This document shows positions 1 through 10,165 of a DNA stretch of 64,000 nt, piece after piece. A program made the translations under genes and the position numbers. Below the pieces are notes generated by a model. The model ran no database searches. It was not told the origin of the DNA and saw only the letters and a program-made list of their open reading frames with translations. The stretch's first letter is position 1. Each line of letters starts with the position of its first letter. The DNA is from Vitrella brassicaformis CCMP3155 (taxonomy: Eukaryota > Protista > Chromerida). The stretch is from positions 1-64,000 of the forward strand of contig CDMY01000123.1 in assembly GCA_001179505.1 (NCBI GenBank). The letters are read 5' to 3'.

Positions 1-191
1 GCATGCATTCTGCATGTCCCTGTTGCCTGTTTGGTGTGTGCTGTGGACAGAGAAGATGCCTGGTTGCGCCGGAAGGTAGCGCCGGGCTTAGGGACAGGTG
101 TCTCGTCAAACCCTTAACCAACCAACCAACCAAGCGTGCTCTTTCGCGATCGTCCGTGGCCGCTGATTCAGTTTTTGGTGTAGCGTTCTTA

Positions 192-1242
192 ATGGCGATG
201 ACGGTAGGCTGGAAGCACACAAAGGAAGGTCCCTCGTGCATCCATACCATCCACGGCCTATGACACCCACGCATCCTTCCTGCGTTTTTTCAGTCGTTGC
301 GTCGTATCACGGGATCTCCGCCTCGTTCCCGGCCCAGTAGGAAGAAGCCAGGCCTATCGGAGGTACGAGCTCACTCACACGAGATGCGACGGATGCATCT
401 GGCCGTCCGAGTCCATCGTTGTGGCTTTCTGGCTCTCTTTGGTGGTCGCAGGAGCAGTTGGAGGAGGTCCGCGAGGCCTTCAACCTGTTCGATACGGACC
501 ATACCGGTCAGTCAGCACGACAAAGCTCATCCGCGTGAATGTGTGTCGGCTTCACTCATTGTCCCGCCCACCCGCCACCCACAGGTGCGATAGATGCTCG
601 TGAGCTGAAGGCGGCGATGCGTGCGTTGGGTTTCGATGTCAAGAAGGAGCAGGTGCGCAAGATCCTGGCGGAGATAGGCAAGGACCCCACGGCCGCCATC
701 AACTACGAGGAGTTCCAGGAAATCATGAGCGGACGCATGGTACGTGAGTGCGCGACCTAACACAGCAGAAGGGTGGGTGGGGTGGGTGTCATGGCACAGT
801 GTGTGTGTGTCGCATGGCGTGGTGGTGTGTGTAGGGTGAGAAGGACAGCCGGGAGGAGATCATGAAGGTGTTCAAACTATTCGATGACGACGACACGGGT
901 ACATACAGTACACACGCAGGCTGTATGTACGTGGCTCATCCCATCCATGCAGGCAAGATAAGTTTCCGCAACTTGAAGCGCGTTGCTGCTGAGTTGGGCG
1001 AGACGTTGACGGACGAGGAGTTGCAGGAGATGATCGACGAGGCCGACAGGGACGGAGATGGACTCATCAACCCAGACGAATTCTACCGGTAGGTACCTAC
1101 ATGCAACCATCACACACACGGGCATGGACATAAATAAGGTCAGGTCACCACACATCCTTCTGCTGTGTGTATTTGTTCGGTCAGGGTGATGCGGCGCCGC
1201 GGCGATGACCCGCTGGACGACTTCGATAGCGATGAGGACTAG
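192..1242 (+). CDS. CETN: Centrin (EF-hand calcium-binding protein), multi-exon
   Basis: Spliced reading MAMT|SLRRITG...KKPGLSE|[19 protein letters not shown]|[23 protein letters not shown]...|[22 protein letters not shown]|[45 protein letters not shown]|[22 protein letters not shown] introns are in consistent phase. Confidence 0.95.
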
Positions 1243-1964
1243 GGGAGGGAGGGAGGGACGGAGAGGGGCAGTGCAGCTGACACAGATGGGCACTGCACAC
1301 ATAGATGGGCTGACTTAGATCAATCGATGTCGGTGTGCTGGCTGCAGGAGCCAACCGACCTACATGCCTGCCTTCGTTTCTGTACAGCCAGCAGCTTTTA
1401 TTTCGACTCCATCTTCGTAAGGTTGCTGGCTGTGTGTGAAACCGACCGACCAGTGGCTAGTGTCTGTGAGGTGAGGTGGAGGTGTGTACAGATTATGCCT
1501 GCCTGCCTGCCCGAGAGCTGTGTGTGTGTGCGTATCATACGTACGTGGACCCTTCATTCCTTTATCATGTCTGTCTGTCTGTGAGTGCGCGTGTTGACTG
1601 ACACTTGCTGTGTTGACTGACTGGCTGTCTGCACGTACGGTACACGTTGATGATTCTGATGGATGGAATGCGTCACGTGTCCATCCATCCATCCATCCAT
1701 CCATTCACCAGCCTCAAGAGCCCATCCATACATCTGTACACACGACACGGCATGTACAAATACACACGTTCCTGGGCGAAAATCGCATGCGATGGACCGG
1801 TATACAGAGGGCAATGGGTCCATCATCACCCAGCTGTCGCTCCATTCGCGGCCCACACGTGCTGCTGCTGCTCCTCGGTGATGGGCAGGGGCACTGGCCG
1901 CCGGAATACGTTGAGCAAGTAGCGCTTTTGCTGCCCATATGCAGCTGCAGAAGTGGGGCTCGGC

Positions 1965-3675
1965 TCACGGTTGAAGATAGGAGAAGAAATTGGTCCGGAA
2001 GCCGAAGAACGGGGGGAGGAGGAAATCTCGCGTTTGTAGCTTGTCTGCGTTCCACCACATGTAGTGCACTGACGAAAGAGGACAGCAATGAATGCATCTG
2101 TGTCTCATGCGCCGCTGTACTTACTTCGCCTGACCTCCTTGCCCCATCGGTGAAGGTTGCCAAAGTCCGCCTCCTGATTCGTTAGCCACCTACAAAAGGG
2201 AAACGTAGGCCCGTTTCAAGTGTCTTCTCTTCGGGGGGATTCGTTACTCTGGTGGAGGCTTCATGCTTGCGGCTGGAGCAGGCACTGGAGGAGCAGTTGT
2301 GGGCCGATGGGTGCCCCATCTGCGTCGCGCCCAACCGCAAACGAATGAGTAGCCAGCCATCCATCCTTTCCCTTACTGGTCGAGAGGCCGGTGGCCTTCA
2401 GAGACCCTAGGGGGGACGGCCGTAGTGTGACCCCCACTGTCAGCAGCATTCGTTGCCTGCAGACAGACACAGATACCGGGTAGTGTGTCTCCTTCAGGCG
2501 AATGACCTACATTGTTTTCGGGAGACGGCTGCCTCTCAGCTGAGGGCGCTTGTGTTGGCGGAGGAGGGGGTGTCATCGACAATACCCCAGGCAGGCGGCG
2601 CTTGCTTGTCTGAAAGGTGCACACGTATTCGACTCATGTCTCTGTAACTCAAGCCAAAGTACCTCGTTACTGTTGGTCAGGGCTCCCTCTTCGCAGAAGA
2701 GCTTGAAGTCCTTTATTTCTTCGTTGCCCGTCAGTGCCACATCCACATTGTACGAAAACTCGGCGCTGCGAGACACAGGCAACGTATATTTGGCAACGAC
2801 CCGACGAACGGATGGACGGCTCTCGTTTTTCTTACCAGATGGGCTCTGCTGACAGCTCTCCCTGAAGGCGTCCGACATCTATCGCACCTCCTCTCACTCA
2901 TCGTTCCTCGCCGCTTACAATGCCATATGTTTTGAGGACGTCCTGCATCACAGGTCTGCAGCTGTACCTCAACCCGTCCCTCAGCTGCTCAGCCTGCGTC
3001 TTGCCCTCCTCCCTCGGATAGCTGGCGTCGAACAGACTCTGCTGGCACGCTGCATGGACGTCTCGGTCAGAGAGGTATTCCAACAGAGGCGTCCCGCTCT
3101 TTTGCGACTCCTCTTCCACCTGCGTACGTGTAGACACACAGATGGCGGAGCCGCACATGACCAAATCTACTCCTGACCAGCAGGCCGCAGAATTTCGTCC
3201 CGTTGTTGTTGCCCATCAGCCCCAGCTGGAGGGCTTCCATGACCCGGCCATCCAGCTCCTCACATGTGTCCAAAAGCTCACTGGCCATGCCCGCCGTCGA
3301 TAATTGCAGCCGCTCGGCCGCTGCCTTGAGCTCATTCAAACAAATCGGCTGAGAAATCATGTGAGTGTAAGGAAAGAGGCGCATTGCAATGGGTGATATC
3401 TGCATCTCGCGTGTGTGCGCAGATCACCTTGAGGGTGCCCTCTCCAATCCGCTCTCCTGGGTTCGTCTTGGCCGCGGCGCGGTCCATGATGTCGTGGCAT
3501 ACTGGGCCACACACACACACACACAGGTGCTGCATGTGAAGGTGCTTTCTGTGTTGCATGGATCTGTGGTCTCACCTTGGTAGTATGAATGCTTTGGGAC
3601 GAACTCAAATATCGCTTCTCCATGCTGAGGCTGCGCAAAGGCGACGAAACTAAGCAAAAGAGCCCAGATCTGCAT
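1965..3675 (-). CDS. Secreted hypothetical protein, multi-exon; Cys-containing helical N-terminal region (possibly saposin-like)
   Basis: Signal-peptide-like MQIWALLLSFVAFAQPQHGEA. Exons join in phase through GT-AG introns: YYQ|VCHDIMD...TLK|PICLNELK...GTKFCGLL|VEEESQK...|...LTNSNE|TSKRR...ENN|ATNAADS...|WGTHR...|WLTNQEAD...|MHYMWW...YLQP*. No family recognised. Confidence 0.6.
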
Positions 3676-3833
3676 CACAACCGCACACCTACATCACAGA
3701 AAGCCGCCCTTGCCAGATCTTCGGTCTTCTCCATGGGGGCCGGTCGGAACTTGAGCGCGCAAAGACTTGCCCCCACCCCCACTCTTACGTGAGAGACAGC
3801 GCTGTGCCCTTGGTTTAGGGAAGTCAAGAGAAA

Positions 3834-6800
3834 ATGATGACGATGAAACGCAACATCCGTCCACCTGTCGACCCCCTAACGGTCTTCGCCCCCCCTGTCG
3901 ATGCACTGATGGCCGCTGCCATGAAATCAGGGGCTCGGAGTTGGGCGACGCGGCCGGTGGTCAATCGGGATACCGTGGCTCAGGTGCGGGCTGCGGAGCG
4001 GACGTCATCGAAGGACGCGGCAGTTGTGACGCGAACAGAGTGGGTGTGCAGCCCCACCAGCCCCCAGACCAAGCCAGCATGTGTTGTGGACAACGCGGTC
4101 CAGCCGTCTCCTCACCCTCTGAAGCCGTCGTCGGGTTTTCGGCCATTCAAACGCCTGAAGCAGATGATCTCCCAACCCAGGTCAGCCGCTCACTCACGCA
4201 TGCCAACCGCCGCACAGGGCGACAAGATCATCCCCCGTCGCCACGAGGAGCGGCATTCCGACCCCCTCACTGCGACAATGGTGCAGCCGTCATCGGCTTC
4301 CCTCCCTCCCCATTCCCCACCCTCAGCACCAGTCACTGGACCGCCAGTGAAGGAGACTGTCGCTGAGGTGCCATTCCAGCCGCCCGAGCCATCTGACAGC
4401 CGTCCTGATGATATGTCTCACCTGCCGAGTCCTTCACTGCCGCCAGTGGATGGGCCTCCCGCTGACAGTGGGAATGTGGAGGGCCAAGACGACAATCAGC
4501 GCAGAGACGGGGAGGAGCACGAGTGGCCAATGGAGGGGGCGCGACTGGTCGATCGGCACACCGTGGCTGAGGTGCCAGCTGTGGAGCGGATGTCGTCTGA
4601 GGATGCGGCAGTGGTGACGCCAGCAAATTGGGTGTACAGCCCCGGCAGCCCCTCTGTTGGCTGCCTTACCTCTCATGCATCCCCGCTTCCAACCAACTCA
4701 TCATGTGTTACGAATAGCGTTGAGGACACTCGGCAGCCATCCTCTCGACCACCACCGCTGCCCACCAAGTCTGCGAGACGTTATCTGAAGCTGCCAATGG
4801 TCCGCTTCACAAGAAAGCAGGGTAAGTCCTGACGTGATCCTTACGTGCAGATACAAAACGGAAGCTACTGCACACGATAATACGTGACGATATTGGCTCT
4901 CATGTGCGTTTTGTGTCAGAAAAAATTGACAAGAAGAAGGAATCTCATAAGCTCGCCACGGCCTCAGCAGACCAGAGCTCGTCAATGCCTGTCATCGTGC
5001 GCCAGGCGGGCGACAAAGAAGGCGACGCAGTGCCGCCACCGGCGTATGAGAGCCCCCCTGCCATCGTCTGCTCTCTCACATCCGCCGCACAGGGCCACAA
5101 GGGCATCCCCCGTGACCACGAGGAGCGGCGTCCCGAGCCCCTCACTGCCACCATGATACAGCCGTCATCGGCTTCTCTCCCCCCGTCACCCCCACCACCA
5201 GCACCAGCCACTAGCCCGCCAGTCAAGGAGACTGTCGCTGAGGTGCCATTCCAGCCGCCCGAGCCATGTGACAGCCGTCCTGCTGATGCGGCTCAGCTGC
5301 CGAGCCCCTCATTCCCGCCAGCTGACGAGCCTCCTGTGGTCAGTGGGAATGTGGAGGGTCAAGACGACAATCAGCACGAAGGGGGGCAGGGGGCTGAGAG
5401 GGCGCGAGTGGTCGATCGGCACACCGTGGCTAATGTGCCACCTGCGGAGCGGACGCCATCGAAGGACGCGGTAGTGGTGACGCCAGCAGATTGGGTGTAC
5501 AGCCCCGGCAGCCCCTCTGTTGGCTGCCTTACCTCTCATGGATCCCCACTGCCATCCAACTCAGCATGTGCTTCGATCGACGATAACAACGCGCGCCAGT
5601 CGTCCTCCCGACTGCCACCGCTGCCCAACAAGCCTGCGAGACGTTATCTGAAGCTACCAGCTGTTCCCTTCACAAGAAAGCAGAGTAAGTCCTGACGTGG
5701 TCCTTACGTGCAGATGAGAAAGGGAAGCGAACATAACTATATTGACTCTCATGGGCGTTTTGTGCCAGGGAGAACCGGCAAGGAGAAGGAGAAGGAGAAG
5801 GGATCTTTTGAGCTCGCTACGGCCTCAGAAGACCAGAGCTCTTTATCGCCTGTCATCGTGCGCCAAGCGGGCAACAAGGAAGACTACGCCATGCCATCAC
5901 CGCCATATGAGAGTCCCCCTGCAATCGCCCGAGCTCTCACACCCGCCGCACAGGATTACAGCAACATCCCTCGTGGCCACGAGGAGCAGCTTCCGGAGCC
6001 CCTTGCTGCGACAATGATACAGCCGTCATCGGCTTTTTCCACTCCCCCACCACCAGCCCCAGCCACTAGCCCGCCAGTCAAGGAGACTGTCGCTGAGGTG
6101 CCATTCCAGCCGCTCGAGCCATGTGACAGCCGTCCTGCTGATGTGTCTCAGCTGCCGGGCCCCTCATTGCCACCAACTGATGCACTTCAGGGGCAAGAGG
6201 AGAAGCAGCGCCTTAGCAGGCAGAGGACGCTATTGCAGCTCTCGGCAGAAATGTCATGTGAAGAAGCGGAAGAAATGCTCCCGTTTATTGAGGAGGAAGC
6301 GGCGAGGAGGGGCATGGATATGGATCATTATGTGGCTGCCGTCAAGCAGCAGGAAGCGGCGGCAGCAAAGTCTCAGAAGGAGAACAAGACGGGGCCTCGG
6401 GAGGTATCAAGCATGCCTGCCGAATCATTTCCTTCCTGGCTGGAGACGGCGAGTCTCTTCTTCAGCTCCATGATTTCCCCCTTCTCGACCTTCCAAGGAT
6501 TCAGCGGTGTGTTGGCAGCGGGGGATGGGCGTGGGACAAGGAGAAGAGATGTTCGCCAGCCTTCCCCACGAAGAAGCCGACAGTATGTAAATGACAGCGT
6601 AAAACTGTGGAAGCGAAAAGAGGATGTACTTTTCGTTCGTTCTTCTGTTTTTTCAGTTATGTGGATGCCGACCGATCCAACTTTGATGAGAGAGGCTTTC
6701 CTTGGCCAGGCGTGACGCCGCGTGATATCTTCCCCCACCGCCGCACGCCCCCCGCCAACAAACCACTTGATGAGACCATGCCCGACAACGTGTCCCTCTT

Positions 6801-7029
6801 CAGCTCACTACCCGACAACGACGAAGAAGCCGCGAGTGGTGAACCAAGACGTACCCGAGTATTCCCCGTCGCCGTCCAGATGGAGTTGAGGAGAGGATTC
6901 TATGGGGCGGGTGTTGGGCTAAATGTAGGCTCCCGGAGTATATCTGGTTCCCAAAGCGACCCCGACGAATGGGTGCCTTCAATCATCGAGGGGGACGAAG
7001 AGCGAAGCAGCAGCAGCAGCATCAACTGA
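3834..7029 (+). CDS. Low-complexity Pro/Ser-rich repeat protein (gene A); three tandemly duplicated exons spliced into one ORF
   Basis: ORFs 3834-4832, 4904-5695 and 5708-6715 share a module (HEE..PL.ATM.QPSS...PPVKETVAEVPFQP.EP.DSRP..., with WVYSPGSPSV in the first two). They are joined by near-identical phase-1 introns starting GTAAGTCCTGACGTG (about 4822-4919 and 5685-5769). A further intron (about 6583-6657) leads into ORF 6607-7029. Confidence 0.6.
4200..6180 (+). repeat. Tandem exon+intron duplication, ~870 bp unit, about 2.5-3 copies
   Basis: Repeated blocks such as GTCAAGGAGACTGTCGCTGAGGTGCCATTCCAGCCG (about 4345, 5222, 6077) and AGACGTTATCTGAAGCT...CACAAGAAAGCAG-GTAAGTCCTGACGTG (about 4776, 5640). 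Confidence 0.9.
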
Positions 7030-7074
7030 GGCAGTGTATGGCGTGTGACAGGAATTTGGTAGGTGGCTGGATCG

Positions 7075-10000
7075 ATAAATGGATAAGGCAGATAAACAGG
7101 CAGACAATATTGTATTGTGCGTTGTTCAGATCGTTTGCGGTGTGTGCATGACTCTCCCTCCCGTCATCCAGCCCTTCAAGTGCCCGGGAGGCCCCCATGC
7201 GCCCTGTCGTCACCAGCCGCCCCTCGCCCCCGGCAGCAGCCGCTGCACCTGCCCTCATCCCCGTCCCCATCCCTCATCGGATTGACAAGATGTCTGACGC
7301 TCATCGCAGCAGACAGGGCGATGCCGCATGGGCAGCCACGCGTAGCGACCAGGCCGTCCGCGACCCCCTCTCACAGACGGCATACTCAGTGGCCAGCAGC
7401 GTGTCGGGCAGGGAGGCCTCACCGCCATCCCATGGTCATGGAAGCGGCATGAACAACTTCGTCCCCGATTCCTCTCCTTATCGCCACAGAGCAGCTGCCG
7501 ACAGCCCGCTCTCTCGCGCGTCGCCCCGTCGGCTGCTGATCCGGTCGAGCCGCAGCTGCGTGGAGGCATCTGACGACGGCCATGACGCCACATGCGAGCC
7601 GTCCAAGACACGCACGAGTGCCAGAATCAGCCCGTCAGCAGCCAGCATGAGAGCCGGTGAAGCAGACGGCCGCCGACCAGCAGTGCGGCAGACAGACGAG
7701 GTGGCGTCTGCAAGGCCTGTGTCGCCTGCCCTTGCTGAGATGGCCCATCCTCGGCCGTTCGACGACGAGATATACGTCCATCGGGAGCCGACACAGGCCA
7801 CGTTTGGTCGGCGGCCGACCCACTGGGTGTACCTGCGGCCGTGTCCCTCGCTGCCCATGCCGGCACCATGCGACCCGCCGTGCACCTCAATGACATCCAA
7901 CTACCCCCCGCCCAGCGGACGGTCTCTGGAGCAAGATGGTGCTGATGCGTCCACCACACAGGTGGCCTGGTCGACGCTCGGTGCTCAGCAGAGACGATGG
8001 CTCATCCCTCGGCGTTTTGATGTGATGGAGAGGAGGCGACGGTGCATTTCAGAGGTATCATGTCACGAGTTACTGGTGCCGCCGAGTGGCGCCGACAATG
8101 AACAGTAAGGCTGTTTGCCTATTGACACTCTGTTGACCATAGGAGTTTCTCTTTGCGTCAGTGCTGCCAGTGCAATCATGGATTTTGAGGCCGTACTTTT
8201 CGGATTGTGGCGTCGGAGAAGTACACGTCGTGAATGTATGTCGGATCTGTCTGAGCAATTGAAACAATCGCCTCTTTCCTTCTGCCCTTTTTTGCGATCC
8301 GAAGCTCGCGCCCCTTTCGTGCGTTCGTCGTCACGGCTTTGCCGTACCCCTAAACCCTCCGCCCATCACTCTCGAGGTTTGTTCCGCCAGGATGTTCCTC
8401 GTCCTGCACTGTTCGGGGTGCAGGGAACCAAAAAGGAGCCTGTAAGCTGAGCCAGCAGCCCTCTGTGGCTGCCCTGGCGCTGTTCCATGTGAAAGCATGG
8501 GATGGCGACCAGGAGGGTTCGTCCCAGCTCAGCGACGCAGCCAACCAACTCTCGGCTTCCGGTGCCGGATAGATCTGACGAAGAAACCTCGATATCCTTC
8601 GAGGGAGCACACACCCGATGCATGTGTGACACTGTGGGCGTAGGCTGATTTGGCACGCTGGTGATGACGAGCTGAGCCGATGCGAAGAGTAGCACTCAAA
8701 GGCCCCAGGTGCGTGTGGTGCGACTTTTGAGCCATAGCACGTTGCGCTTTGCTTGTGTGTTTAGGCTGGTATGGTGACGCTGCTGGTGATACTTGGAGCT
8801 GACCACGGCAGAGACTCAGGACTGATGCGTTTGTGTGTGCGGGCGGTGGGTAATGGCCTGTGTACCCGCTGTGTGTGTGATGTGATGAGACTTGTTGATT
8901 GGCAGTGAAGTTGTTGAAGCATGAGCAAACCGCGTCATTTCATTCTTCATGACAAACACATAGCCAGGCAGTGTCCGCTTCTTCCCACCTCCCCTTTCCC
9001 TTATCATGAAGAGCAACAAGCACTGTGTCATGGAATCGAATCAGTCATCCGGTCACTCAGCTCTGGGTGGCCGTGCTCAGGTGTACTGCGCGCATGTCGG
9101 TCAGCTGCAGCCGTCTCCAACTGCACGGACCGCCATACGCGTCGCCCACATCAACACACCCACCACAAAGCAACAACGCTCTCACACACACTCCGAGAAG
9201 GACTCATCCGTCCGGAGTGCTGCTACGCCGTCGTCTCGCTCATCTCTGCTGAGTGCCGAGCGTCGACCAGGCCGCCTGTGTGGTGGACGCATCAGCACCA
9301 TCTTGCTCCAGAGACCGTCCGCTAGGTGGGGGGTAGTTGGATGAGGAGCACTGCGGGTCGCATGGCGCCGGCATGGGCAGCGAGGGGCACGGCCGCAGGT
9401 ACACCCAGTGGGTCGGGCGCCGACCAAACGTGGCCTGTGTCGGCTCCCGATGGACGTATATCTCGTCGTCGAATGGCCGGGGATGGGCCATCTCAGCCAG
9501 GGCAGGCGACACAGGCCTTGCAGACGCCACCTCGTCTGTCTGCCGCACTGCTGGTCGGCGGCCGTCTGCTTCACCGGCTCTCATGCTGACTGCTGACGGG
9601 CTGACTCTGGCACTCGCACGTGTCTTGGGCGGCTCGCATGTGGCGTCATGGCCGTCGTCAGATGCCTCCACGCAGCTGCGGCTCGACCGGATCAGCAGCC
9701 GACGGGACGACGCGCGAGAGAGCGGGCTGTCGGCAGCTGCTCTGTGGCGATAAGAAGGAGAGGAATCGGGGACGAAGTTGTTCATGCCGCTTCCATGACC
9801 ACGGGAAGGCGGTGAGGCCTCCCTGCCCGACACACTGCTGGCCACTGAGTATGCCGTCTGTGAGAGGGGGTCGCGGACGGCCTGGTCGCTACGCGTGGCT
9901 GCCCATGCGGCATCGCCCTGTCTGCTGCGATGAGCGTCAGACATCTTGTCAATCCGATGAGGGAGGGGGATGGGGGTGCGGGCAGCTGGTGCGGCAGAAG

Positions 10001-10165
10001 GGCAAGGTTGGTTGGTGAAGACAGGGCGCATGGGGGCCTCCCGGGCAGATGAAGGGCTGGATGACGGGAGGGAGAGGTCATGCAGACGCCGTAAACAATC
10101 TGATGAGCCGAAAGACACAGCAAGGAACACACGTGTGTGCATCATGAGTTCTGCCTTATCCATTC
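7075..10165. repeat. Inverted duplication: arm 1 ~7075-7990 and arm 2 ~9243-10165, spacer ~1.25 kb
   Basis: ORF 7197-8108(+) and ORF 9240-10163(-) encode nearly identical sequence (HRIDKMSDAHRSRQGDAAWAATRSDQAVRDPLSQTAYSVASSVSGREASPPS...AWSTLG.QQR). The upstream intron ends (ATGGATAAGGCAG...CAG) are also homologous. Confidence 0.95.
7129..8108 (+). pseudogene. Duplicated terminal exon of gene B, frameshifted by 1 nt relative to the minus-strand copy
   Basis: Between CATGAC and ATGCGCCC there are 44 nt here versus 45 nt in the minus-strand copy, breaking the frame used by gene B. Confidence 0.45.

Noticed and set aside
3834-6200. Direct repeats considered as a CRISPR array or transposon
   Set aside because: The units are ~870 bp coding exons with spliceosomal introns. 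There is no repeat-spacer structure and no transposase or reverse transcriptase motif.
7079-7285. IVCGVCMTLPPVIQPFKCPGGPHAPC resembling a RING finger
   Set aside because: The paralogous minus-strand copy does not keep this frame or the first Cys, and gene B splices into a different frame.
8000-9240. ORFs and splice-like signals in the spacer of the inverted repeat
   Set aside because: I could not build a consistent reading frame; stops interrupt every plausible exon chain.
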